From positions 32,001 to 96,000 of the forward strand of contig CAVQEQ010000001.1 of assembly GCA_963711565.1 (NCBI GenBank): 64,000 bases of DNA. Direction: 5' to 3'. Shown one piece after another: positions 9,916 through 18,907 of this stretch. Every line of letters starts with the position of its first letter. Positions within the stretch are counted from its first letter, which is position 1. The notes below the pieces were generated by a model. It did no database searches. It was not told the DNA's origin and saw only the letters and a list, made by a program, of their open reading frames with translations. The position numbers and the translations under genes are program-made. The DNA is from an uncultured delta proteobacterium. Its GTDB lineage: Bacteria > Desulfobacterota > Binatia > Binatales > Binataceae.

Positions 9916-10932
9916 CTAGGCTTTCTTTTCCAGGTGTCCGCCGAACTCGTAGCGCATCGCCGACAGGATCTTGTCCGCAAAGTCGGCCGCGCCGCGCGAG
10001 TCGAAGCGTTCGTAGAGCGCAGCGGTGAGCACATGCGCCGGCACGCCTTCGTCGATCGCCGCGTCGATCGTCCATCGACCCTCGCCCGAATCCGATACGC
10101 GCCCGGCAAATTTCTTCAGCTCCGGATCGCCGAGTAGCGAGTCTGCCATCAGGTCCAGCAGCCATGACGCGATCACGCTGCCGCGACGCCAGACCTCGGC
10201 CACGTCGGTGAGATTGAAATCGTACTGGTAGAGCTTGGGGTTGCGCAGCGGCGTCGTCTCCGCATCGACCGTGTGCGTCTGCTTGCCGACGTTGGCGTTT
10301 TTTAGAATGTTCATCCCTTCCGCGTATGCCGCCATGATCCCGTACTCGATTCCGTTGTGAACCATCTTCACAAAGTGGCCGGCGCCGTTCGGTCCGCAAT
10401 GCAGGTAGCCGTGCTCGGCGGTGCTGCCCTTGACCTTCTCACGGCCGGCGGTACGCGGCGCGGAATCGATCGGCGGCGCAAGCGTCGCGAAAATCGAATC
10501 GAGATGCTTAATGACCTGCGGCTCACCGCCGATCATCTGGCAGAAGCCGCGCTCGAGTCCCCAGACGCCGCCGCTGGTGCCCGAATCGACGTAGTGAATC
10601 CCCTTCGCCTGCAAGGTTTCGGCGCGCCGGATGTCGTCGATGTAGTACGAGTTGCCGCCATCGACGATGATGTCGTCGCGCTGGAATCGGCTCGAGAGAT
10701 CTGCGACCGTCTGCTCGACGACCGCGGCCGGTACCATCATCCACGCGACTCGCGGCAGCTTGAGCTTGGCGGCGAAATCGTCGAGTGACGACGCACCGAT
10801 CGCGCCCTCCTTCGCCAATTCCTTGACCGCATCGGCGCTTACATCAAACACCACGCATTCGTGACCACCGCGGATCAGGCGCCGCACCATGTTCGCGCCC
10901 ATTCGGCCAAGACCGACCATTCCCATTTGCAT
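9916..10932 (-). CDS. gnd: decarboxylating 6-phosphogluconate dehydrogenase (short type)
   Basis: GLGRMG, DGGNS, SGGVWG, KMVHNGIEY, DSGEGRW; start ATG 10932 behind AAGGAG. Confidence 0.95.
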   Translation of the reverse strand: MQMGMVGLGRMGANMVRRLIRGGHECVVFDVSADAVKELAKEGAIGASSLDDFAAKLKLPRVAWMMVPAAVVEQTVADLSSRFQRDDIIVDGGNSYYIDDIRRAETLQAKGIHYVDSGTSGGVWGLERGFCQMIGGEPQVIKHLDSIFATLAPPIDSAPRTAGREKVKGSTAEHGYLHCGPNGAGHFVKMVHNGIEYGIMAAYAEGMNILKNANVGKQTHTVDAETTPLRNPKLYQYDFNLTDVAEVWRRGSVIASWLLDLMADSLLGDPELKKFAGRVSDSGEGRWTIDAAIDEGVPAHVLTAALYERFDSRGAADFADKILSAMRYEFGGHLEKKA

Positions 10933-11028
10933 TTTAGTTCGCTCCTTGTTCAACGGTCCGGTATTGAAACAGTATCGCATCGAGGATGTTTTAGTACCAA
11001 TGAATATTTCACGAACTGGAGGCGCGAA

Positions 11029-12537
11029 TTGAGCGCCGCGAGCTTGATGGTAATGGGCACGGCGTCGGACGTTGGCAAGAGCGTGGTAGTCACCGCACTG
11101 TGCCGGGCGTTCGCGCGTGCCGGCGTCCGCGTCGCACCGTTCAAGTCGCAGAACATGTCGAACAACGCGGCGGTTTGCCCCGGCGGCGGCGAAATCGGAC
11201 GCGCGCAGGCTGTGCAGGCCGAGGCGTGCGGAATCGAACCGAGCCCCGACATGAATCCCGTGCTGCTGAAAACGCAATCCGACATGCGCTGCCAGGTAGT
11301 CATTCGCGGCCGCGCGCGATTTCAGATGGGCGTGAATGACTATGAGCGATATCGAACTGAGGCATGGCCTGAGATAGTCAGTAGCTATAGCAACCTGGCG
11401 CGGAATTTCGATCTGATAGTAATTGAAGGCGCGGGCGGCGCCGCGGAAATCAACCTGCGCGATCGCGACATCGTCAACTGGAAAATCGCCGAGCTGGCCG
11501 ACGCGCCCGTGCTGATCGTCGCCGATATCGACAAGGGCGGCGTCTTCGCCTCAATCGTCGGCACGATCGAGCTGCTCGCGCCGGAGGAACGCCGTCGAGT
11601 CAAGGGCGTCCTGATCAACAAGTTCCGCGGCGATTTGAAGCTGTTCGAGTCTGGCCTTCGCTTTCTCGAAGAGCGCACCGGCATCCCCGTATTGGGAGTA
11701 CTGCCATGGCAGCAGCACCTGGGATTGCCGCAAGAAGACGCCGCCATGTTGGCCGGGATCGCGAGGCCTGCGGCCGACAAGCCACTGACTATTGGAGTGA
11801 TACACATCCCGTGCATCTCTAACTATACGGATTTCGAAGCGCTCGAAGACGAGCCGGATGTTGCTGTGCACTACTTGAGCGATCCCGGCATGGCGCCGCG
11901 CCTCGACGTTCTGATCATTCCGGGCACGAAGGGCACTGTCGCCGATCTGAAATGGCTGCGGCGCACCGGATGGGAGGACTTCCTCGTGCAGCATCGTCGC
12001 GGCGGCGGATGGATAGTCGGAATCTGCGGCGGCTACCAGATGCTCGGTCGCCGCATCGTGGATGCCGTCGGAGTCGAGAGCGACGCACCTGAAACGGTCG
12101 GATTGGGATTGCTCGAAATAGAAACCACCTTTCAGTCCGAGAAAATCACGGATCGAATCCGCGCCACTCATCTCGCGACGAATCTGCCGATCGCCGGTTA
12201 CGAGATTCACTCCGGACGCATCACCGGCATTCCGGAATCCCGCGCGCTGTTTAGATTGACTCACAGAGACACAATCGCCGTGGATGAATTCGAGGGTATC
12301 CGCTCGGACGATGGACGAGTGCTGGGCACATCGATTCACGGCCTGTTCGATAGCCCTGGCTTTCGACGAAACTTTCTCGACGAGATACGGACCGCGAAAG
12401 GACTCACCCCACTCGAATCCGCCGCGCCGGATGACGCCGACGCCAATCGCCGCGCGGCCTTCGATCGAATCGCCGACGCGCTCGAGCAATGCGTGGATAT
12501 GTCGCGGATCGCGGCGTTCGCCGGCATTTCTCTCTAG
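11029..12537 (+). CDS. cobQ: cobyric acid synthase
   Basis: GTASDVGKS, PFKSQNMS, EGAG, GICGGYQMLG, GYEIH, HG motifs; TTG start behind GGAGG. Confidence 0.95.
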   Translation: MSAASLMVMGTASDVGKSVVVTALCRAFARAGVRVAPFKSQNMSNNAAVCPGGGEIGRAQAVQAEACGIEPSPDMNPVLLKTQSDMRCQVVIRGRARFQMGVNDYERYRTEAWPEIVSSYSNLARNFDLIVIEGAGGAAEINLRDRDIVNWKIAELADAPVLIVADIDKGGVFASIVGTIELLAPEERRRVKGVLINKFRGDLKLFESGLRFLEERTGIPVLGVLPWQQHLGLPQEDAAMLAGIARPAADKPLTIGVIHIPCISNYTDFEALEDEPDVAVHYLSDPGMAPRLDVLIIPGTKGTVADLKWLRRTGWEDFLVQHRRGGGWIVGICGGYQMLGRRIVDAVGVESDAPETVGLGLLEIETTFQSEKITDRIRATHLATNLPIAGYEIHSGRITGIPESRALFRLTHRDTIAVDEFEGIRSDDGRVLGTSIHGLFDSPGFRRNFLDEIRTAKGLTPLESAAPDDADANRRAAFDRIADALEQCVDMSRIAAFAGISL

Positions 12538-12589
12538 TCGGTAATCGTGTGATAGCTTTCGAGTTAACCGATTGGGAGGAACGCTCGCT

Positions 12590-13525
12590 ATGCCCGACAA
12601 TAAAGCCTGGACCGCTGATGACATGCCCGATCTCTCCGGCAAGACGATCGTCGTAACCGGCGGCAACAGCGGCATCGGCTATGAAGCCGCCCTCGCGTTC
12701 GCGCGCAAGCGCGCCGAGGTCATCCTGGCCTGCCGCGACCTCGGCAAGGCTCGCGCCGCCGCCGCGCAGATAGCAGCGTCGGCCTCCGGCGCCAAGGTCA
12801 ACGTGATGGAGCTCGACCTCTCGAACCTGGCGTCGGTGCGCGGCTTCTCCGACGCCTTTCATTTGGAGCATCAGGCGCTGCACGTGCTGTGCAACAACGC
12901 CGGCGTCATGGCGATTCCATATCGGCAAACGGCCGACGGCTTCGAGATGCAGTTCGGCACAAATCACCTCGGGCACTTCGCGTTGACGGGATTGTTGATG
13001 GATCGATTGCTCGCCACCGAGGGCGCGCGCGTCGTCAACGTCGCCAGCGGCGCGCATCGCTTCGGCTCGATGCGTTTCGACGATCTCCAGTGGAAGAACG
13101 GCTACCGCAAGTGGCGCGCATACGGGCAGAGCAAGCTCGCCAACCTGCTCTTCACGCTCGAGCTGCAGCGCAAAGTCGACGCGGCCGGCAAGAAATTATT
13201 ATGCGTCGCATGCCATCCGGGATATGCGGCTACCAATCTGCAGGCCGCCGGACCACGGATGCAAGGATCGACGACGCTCGAATCGCTTTTCTCAGTGGCC
13301 AACAGCGTGTTCGCGCAGAGCGCCGCGATGGGCGCGTTGCCGACCGAGTATGCGGCCGTAGCGCCCGACGTTCACGGTGCCGATTACATCGGTCCCGACG
13401 GCCTCGCCGAGCTGTGGGGACATCCGGTACGGGTCCCACGCAGCGCGGCGGCGCAGGACGGTGCGGCAGCCTCGCGGCTGTGGGAAGTGTCCGAGCAGCT
13501 CACCAACGTGCACTACCCACTATGA
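12590..13525 (+). CDS. short-chain dehydrogenase (retinol dehydrogenase/WWOX-like)
   Basis: TGGNSGIG, NNAG, NHLGHF, YGQSK. Confidence 0.9.
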   Translation: MPDNKAWTADDMPDLSGKTIVVTGGNSGIGYEAALAFARKRAEVILACRDLGKARAAAAQIAASASGAKVNVMELDLSNLASVRGFSDAFHLEHQALHVLCNNAGVMAIPYRQTADGFEMQFGTNHLGHFALTGLLMDRLLATEGARVVNVASGAHRFGSMRFDDLQWKNGYRKWRAYGQSKLANLLFTLELQRKVDAAGKKLLCVACHPGYAATNLQAAGPRMQGSTTLESLFSVANSVFAQSAAMGALPTEYAAVAPDVHGADYIGPDGLAELWGHPVRVPRSAAAQDGAAASRLWEVSEQLTNVHYPL

Positions 13526-13547
13526 GCGAATGATCGAGCCCTGACGC

Positions 13548-14432
13548 TTACGACGTGCGCGCGATCACGAATTTCCCGATCTTGTCGATCGCCTGCTGCC
13601 CTTCCGGCAGCAACTTCGCAAACACGTGCCAGACATGGGGCATCTCGTCCCAGACCTCGAGTTCGACTTCGACGCCGGCTGCCTTTGCACTCTTCGCCAC
13701 TCGCGTCGAATCATCGAGCAGAATTTCCGCGTCGCCGACCTGGATCAGCATCGGCGGCAGTCCACGAAAGTTCGCATGCACGGGCGACACGAGCGGATCC
13801 TTCGGATCGTGCGCCCCGTAATACTGCTTTGCCGACCCCGCAAGATTCTCCTGCGTCACCATCACGTCTCTCCCAGCTCTCGTCCGCACCGATTCTCCCG
13901 TGCCTTCGAGATCCGTCCAGGGTGAAATAGGAGCGGCGCCGGCTGGCATCGGCAGCTTCGCGTCGCGAATTGCGATCAGCGCCACAATCGCGAGTCCGCC
14001 GCCGGCGGAATCGCCGGAGATCACAATCTTGCCGGGCTTGTAGCCTTGCGCGAGCAGCCATCGGTACGCAGCGAGGGTGTCGTCAACCGCCGCGGGAAAC
14101 GGATGCTCGGGCGCGAGCCGGTAATCAATCGCCAGCGCGCGTGCGTTGGATGCGCGCGCGATTCTAGACACCATCGCGCGATGCGTATTGATCGAACCGA
14201 GCACGTAGCCGCCGCCGTGCAGATAGAGGATGACCCGGTCGGCGGCCGCCCCGGGCGCCGCGATCCATTCCGCGTTGACGCCGCCCGCACTAACTTTTTC
14301 GCAAATCACGTCGGCCGGGACGCGCTCGCTGATCCGCTCCATCCCCGCGCGCCGCTGCTCGAGCGACGCGCTCGGATTCTGCGGCTGCGACTTGATTCGC
14401 TCGATCACCTTGTTCAGTTGCTCGCTTGCCAT
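13548..14432 (-). CDS. alpha/beta hydrolase (HSL-family esterase)
   Basis: HGGGY, GDSAGG, HVW motifs. Confidence 0.92.
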   Translation of the reverse strand: MASEQLNKVIERIKSQPQNPSASLEQRRAGMERISERVPADVICEKVSAGGVNAEWIAAPGAAADRVILYLHGGGYVLGSINTHRAMVSRIARASNARALAIDYRLAPEHPFPAAVDDTLAAYRWLLAQGYKPGKIVISGDSAGGGLAIVALIAIRDAKLPMPAGAAPISPWTDLEGTGESVRTRAGRDVMVTQENLAGSAKQYYGAHDPKDPLVSPVHANFRGLPPMLIQVGDAEILLDDSTRVAKSAKAAGVEVELEVWDEMPHVWHVFAKLLPEGQQAIDKIGKFVIARTS

Positions 14433-14527
14433 GTTCCCTCCGTCTCGATTCGCGGGTCACAGCGACGGCTATATCACGAAATCGAGGGAATGGGTCTGCG
14501 TCGGAAGTCGAAATCGGCGCGGATCGG

Positions 14528-15055
14528 CTAAGGGCAGCCCGGCGTGATCGAGAAGGTTACGTCCTGAAATATTGTCGCGCAGTCTCCGCCAAACTCAACT
14601 GTTCCCGTCAACTCCGTAGCGTCACCCGTGGCGCTTCCGGTGACCTGACACTCCTCGCCCGCGTTGACTACGGTAGCATTGAATTGGAACCCGCTTGAAT
14701 TTACCGAGCCCTTCATCGGACCGCGCGCGAAGGCCGAGTCGGCAGGCCACTCGAAGTCAAACATGCTGTGTTTCACCAGCTTTTTCCGGTTCGAATTCTG
14801 ATCGAAATCGAAAGTGACAGTTCCCGTTCCTTCGAGCGTCGCCTCTATCTCGCCTGACCAGCACCCTTTAATCTTGAGCGGATGCGCTTTGACCTTGTCC
14901 GGCGTTTGTTCCGAATTGTCAACATCGGGTGCGCTCCAGGCGCCTAAGCCTTGATTGTTCTCCGCGGCATCCTGCGAGTACGCGTGAAGCGGGGCACCGA
15001 ACATAAAAAGCGACAGCAGGCCCGCATAGGCTATGACTATAAACGCCTTCGCCAT
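14528..15055 (-). CDS. secreted hypothetical protein, paralog A
   Basis: Signal peptide; GCWSG...GTG...F.F.Q; 4 Cys; ends FSITPGCP. Confidence 0.75.
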   Translation of the reverse strand: MAKAFIVIAYAGLLSLFMFGAPLHAYSQDAAENNQGLGAWSAPDVDNSEQTPDKVKAHPLKIKGCWSGEIEATLEGTGTVTFDFDQNSNRKKLVKHSMFDFEWPADSAFARGPMKGSVNSSGFQFNATVVNAGEECQVTGSATGDATELTGTVEFGGDCATIFQDVTFSITPGCP

Positions 15056-15110
15056 CTTCGTCTCCGATCTTCCTCTTTTAGCTTGTCATACCATTAATAA
15101 CTGAGCCTAA

Positions 15111-15139
15111 CATCTAGCAATTACGTTTAGCTCTTTCAA
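15111..15139 (-). promoter_or_regulatory. candidate sigma70 promoter of paralog A
   Basis: Minus strand TTGAAA-N17-TAGATG, similar to promoter of paralog B. Confidence 0.45.
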
Positions 15140-15323
15140 GCCATAGAAGGGCCGGAGGTGCTACCGTCGGCAGCGCCTCGCAATTGGCGACCTATTCCAC
15201 CCTCAGCCTCTTTCGGAGAGATTTGTTGGGCAGGTAATTAACGCCCGAAAAAGCGAGAACCCGCCGCGCAGATCGCACGACGGGCCCTTCAACCATTTTA
15301 TGGGAGTTCTTGCGAGCGTTCTG

Positions 15324-15848
15324 TCAGCAGGGTCCCGGCGAAACCGAAAATCTCACGTTTTTGAAGAACTTACTGCATTTTCCGCCAAACGTAATTTTTC
15401 CAGACAGCTCCGAAGCGTCACCCTTGCCGGTTCCATGGAAGGGACAACCGCTACCAGCCTTGCCGTGGAATTTGATGCCCTTGGAACTCACCGTGCCCTG
15501 TATCGGACTCTCCGCGAAGCTTCCGTCACCCCACTCCAGATCCACGCCGCTGTTATCGTCGCCTACGATCGTCTTTCCGTCCTGCGTGAATCCGAAAAAG
15601 GCGTCGCCTGTACCGTCGGCTTTGTCTGAGACGTCGCCGTCCCAGCAACCCTGGATATCGATCGGAGGCGCCTTGGAGTCAGGACTCGCGGCTTCATCCG
15701 CAGAGTCGGCACCGACTGCACCCCAAGACCCCGTGTCAGGAAGACTGTCGTCCGCATCCTGTGCGTACGCCCGATGTGCGGAACTGAGTACCCCGGTCGA
15801 GAGCAAAGCTGCACAGGCAACTACTGCAAGTGTCTTTGCTATATTCAT
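15324..15848 (-). CDS. secreted hypothetical protein, paralog B
   Basis: Signal peptide ending AYA; GCWDG...GTG...F.F.Q; ends FSVSPGPC; GGAGG RBS before ATG 15848. Confidence 0.75.
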   Translation of the reverse strand: MNIAKTLAVVACAALLSTGVLSSAHRAYAQDADDSLPDTGSWGAVGADSADEAASPDSKAPPIDIQGCWDGDVSDKADGTGDAFFGFTQDGKTIVGDDNSGVDLEWGDGSFAESPIQGTVSSKGIKFHGKAGSGCPFHGTGKGDASELSGKITFGGKCSKFFKNVRFSVSPGPC

Positions 15849-15897
15849 ATCTAACCCTCCCATTCTAGCTCGCATTAGCGCTAAAGATTGCGCGAAC

Positions 15898-15926
15898 TAT
15901 CTAACCAATGCGTCTAGTTATGTCAA
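15898..15926 (-). promoter_or_regulatory. candidate sigma70 promoter of paralog B
   Basis: Minus strand TTGACA-N17-TAGATA. Confidence 0.55.
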
Positions 15927-16032
15927 GCTTTAGACACCATTGAAATGACTATTACGCTCAAATGTTCCGAATCTTTTGCTACCGAGCATTGCCTGGGACG
16001 TGCCCGTCGCGGGGCGTGCAGCTCGAACAGCC

Positions 16033-16626
16033 CTACTTCAGGGATGTTCCCGTAATCTTGAACATTGTTTTGCTCGTTCCGTCTGTATTGTAAGTGCCAG
16101 AGCACGGGCCAACGGCTCCATCCGCAAAGACATCGGTGTATTCGAGTGTGCAACCGCCACTGAGAAATCCTACCGGGACCTTCCATTCGCTACCACAGTC
16201 TGAGCCAAAGAATGAAAGAGCCTCGGTGTCCTTCGAACCGCTGATATCTATTTCGCCAATTGCAAGGCTGCATCCGGAGTCACCGTCAACTCCGCCAAAG
16301 CCGAAAAAATCATCGAAGCTCTCATAGATTGTCACGCTGCCGCTGCCCGCTGCGCCCTTGGCTTGCCCCGTGTAGGTGTAACAAGTGCAGTCACCGGATA
16401 GACAGTTGTCGGCAAAGCCATCCGCACTTCCTGTGCAGGCTCCGCTGATACCCGCAAAACCTGTCTCGGCGATGGTCAGGGTGATGTCGTACTTCTGAGG
16501 CTTCAGTGATTTGGTTTTATCCGGTGTAGCCTCCTGATGCAGTTTCGATCCGTTCCAAGCCCAAGTTGGCGCCGCGCAAAACACGGCGGCGGCAAGCATT
16601 GCCCCCATAGCAAATCTGAATTTCAT
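16033..16626 (-). CDS. secreted Cys/Gly-rich hypothetical protein
   Basis: Signal peptide; 8 Cys in mature part; GGAGGGAGG RBS. Confidence 0.75.
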   Translation of the reverse strand: MKFRFAMGAMLAAAVFCAAPTWAWNGSKLHQEATPDKTKSLKPQKYDITLTIAETGFAGISGACTGSADGFADNCLSGDCTCYTYTGQAKGAAGSGSVTIYESFDDFFGFGGVDGDSGCSLAIGEIDISGSKDTEALSFFGSDCGSEWKVPVGFLSGGCTLEYTDVFADGAVGPCSGTYNTDGTSKTMFKITGTSLK

Positions 16627-16910
16627 CGGTTCCCTCCCTCCTACCGTTGTGCGGCGCCCTGCGACGTTGCGCCGCGGGTTTTTACGCCTCGCTGCGACGA
16701 ACGAAACAAGTCAACCCGATCGAGTCGAACGACTCGCAGCGGGAATTTGTTACGATCGCCACAACACTCCTAAAATAGCGGTTTAGACGTTTATAACGCT
16801 AAAGCAGCTCCGAAGGAGCCTAGCCGTTGCGCCTGGTTAATTCAAGCTTTCGAGGATTTTGAAGCTGTTTTTACCCACAAATGGTTGCGTTTTTAGGCGT
16901 TGGCAGCGCG

Positions 16911-17900
16911 TCAGGTCGCGCGTGGTGGCAGGCCCGCTGCCCGGTAGACCTCGTCGATCACGCGCATGTTGATGATTCCCTCGACCCCGTCGGTGGGGAA
17001 CTTCGCTTCGCCGCGCACGGCCTTGACGAACGCACGCAACTGATGCGTGAAGGTCGTGTCGCCGGGCACCGTCTCAGTCTTTTCTCCCGATGCCGTCTTC
17101 AGCGTGAGCTGATGCCCCCGTTGGGGCGCGATCGGATTTATCACGCGCAGGTCGCCGCGCTCACCGCGCGCGCTGAACGACGCCATGATCGTGGAGTCTT
17201 TCTTCATCGCGCAGATCATCTTCGCGCTCACGCCTGCTGCGAGCTCAAGATCAACGTCCATCGCGATGTCGATGTTCGTGGGGCCGGTTTCCGCTGCGGC
17301 GCGAATCACGCGCGGCGTCATCCCGGAGAAATAGCGGATCATGTGGAGCGGGTAGCATCCCAAATCCATCGTGGCGCCGCCGGCGAGACTCCAATCGAAG
17401 CGGATGTTCGTTTCCGGAATCGGCACCGTAAAACGGCCCTCGACGTGGATCAGGCGGCCAAGCGTCCCATCCGTCATCAGCGCGCGGATGCGATCCGCCA
17501 GCGGATGATAGCGGTAGTGGAACGCCTCGCCGAGAATCTTTCCGCTCTCATCCGCCGCCTTCGCCATCCGCTCCGCTTCGAGCGCGTTGGAAGCGAGCGG
17601 TTTCTCGCAGAGCACGTGCTTGCCCGCGCGCAATGCCGCGATCGTCCATTCGCAATGCAGCGAGTTCGGCAGCGGATTGTAGATCACGTCGAGCTTGGGG
17701 TCGTTGACGAGATCTTGATAGGTCGCGAGCACGCGCGGGACACCGTTGGCGGCGGCGAACTCGCGCGCCCGCTTCGGATCGCGCGCCGCGACCGCAACGA
17801 CTTCGGCGTCAGGCACATTTTGCGCCGCCCTGATCAATGCATCCGGCGCAATTCGCGCCGCGCCGAGTATTCCAAACCGAAGTGGGCGTTGTGTCGCCAT
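16911..17900 (-). CDS. Gfo/Idh/MocA family oxidoreductase
   Basis: FGILGAARIA, HVLCEKP, GGATMDLGCY. Confidence 0.92.
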   Translation of the reverse strand: MATQRPLRFGILGAARIAPDALIRAAQNVPDAEVVAVAARDPKRAREFAAANGVPRVLATYQDLVNDPKLDVIYNPLPNSLHCEWTIAALRAGKHVLCEKPLASNALEAERMAKAADESGKILGEAFHYRYHPLADRIRALMTDGTLGRLIHVEGRFTVPIPETNIRFDWSLAGGATMDLGCYPLHMIRYFSGMTPRVIRAAAETGPTNIDIAMDVDLELAAGVSAKMICAMKKDSTIMASFSARGERGDLRVINPIAPQRGHQLTLKTASGEKTETVPGDTTFTHQLRAFVKAVRGEAKFPTDGVEGIINMRVIDEVYRAAGLPPRAT

Positions 17901-17913
17901 GGTCTTCACACCT

Positions 17914-18753
17914 CTATGGGTTTGACGCCGGGCTGATCGCCTGGGGCGAGGCCTTTGCCGTCGCCATCTTGTAGCTCTGGGACTCTTCCATTCGCGCGAG
18001 CGCGTAGCGGTATGGCTCGTTGGAGATTGTGACGACACCCTGGTAAGGATGCGCCAGCTCCAGAATCGCGAGAATGGTCATGCCGAGCAGGATCGAAAAG
18101 AACCCGCACATGAGCACCTGCGCGCGAAAAACGTTGCTGCCGAAGAAGTAGCTGAAGCCGATCGTCATCAGGCATCCAAGATAGATCACCGTCCACACCA
18201 CGGACGGGAGATCTTGTTCGTAATAGTTGTACCGCTCGCTACGCGCCTGGCTGACGAGGTTGAGCTGGTCGATCGACTTGTCCATCAACATTTGCTCGCG
18301 GTTATCGGTGGGATGATAGGAAAGCACCGCGGACCATAGTTCGTGGGCGCCGATCGTTCCGCCCTGAAAAGTGTTGTCGGCCATCTCCGGCCATTCTTTG
18401 TCGATCACTCGGTGCGAGTATTCGAGGACGGCCGAATCGAGCTGGGTGCGCATCGGTTCGGAGAACGCCGCGCCGAGTTTGTAGAGACTCTCCAGCGCCG
18501 TCGCTTCCGTAAGCGCATACGCATTGGCGTCGTTGAAGCGCTCCCATGCGGCCACAATAACGAAAGCAAGGACGAGGCCGTAAAAGGCCCCAAGCACTCC
18601 GAACGTTACCCCCGCAACTTCGTGGTTCTTTTGCAGCCGGTCCAGCGGAACCAGCCATCTCACGAAGCATAGGCCTGCTATGCTGCCGCCACCGAACACC
18701 ACGATGACAAAAATGACCTGAGCGGCGGCTCCCCAGTAGAGTAGGAAATTCAT
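17914..18753 (-). CDS. membrane protein, DUF4239-like
   Basis: G...YGLVLAFVIVAAWE, EA.AL, EWP.M, L.HPY.G motifs; 4 TM. Confidence 0.75.
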   Translation of the reverse strand: MNFLLYWGAAAQVIFVIVVFGGGSIAGLCFVRWLVPLDRLQKNHEVAGVTFGVLGAFYGLVLAFVIVAAWERFNDANAYALTEATALESLYKLGAAFSEPMRTQLDSAVLEYSHRVIDKEWPEMADNTFQGGTIGAHELWSAVLSYHPTDNREQMLMDKSIDQLNLVSQARSERYNYYEQDLPSVVWTVIYLGCLMTIGFSYFFGSNVFRAQVLMCGFFSILLGMTILAILELAHPYQGVVTISNEPYRYALARMEESQSYKMATAKASPQAISPASNP

Positions 18754-18907
18754 TTCTCGAAATCCCTCCGGGGCGACCTTGCGCCATCGAAGGCTAATCG
18801 CCCCGACCAGACTAGCGGTTCATCGGCGACCCGCGCCATTGATGTATTAGTGTTTTGCGGCTTCGCGAGAACATCGAAAGGAACCCTGACCCGTGCCCCA
18901 ACGCCCG

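Noticed and set aside
8602-10137. 511-aa plus-strand ORF and many other long antisense ORFs (e.g. 16881-17936, 32899-34062, 44145-45317, 60214-61317)
   Set aside because: Shadow frames of well-supported genes, expected from high-GC codon bias; no recognisable motifs.
10933-11028. Cobalamin riboswitch upstream of lone cobQ
   Set aside because: Intergenic space is under 100 nt and lacks the B12-box.
15145-15232. c-di-GMP-I (GEMM)-like structure (CAAA..GAAA stem..GGTAGC) upstream of paralog A
   Set aside because: Poor match to core nucleotides, and the best promoter candidate lies between it and the gene, so it is probably outside the 5' UTR.
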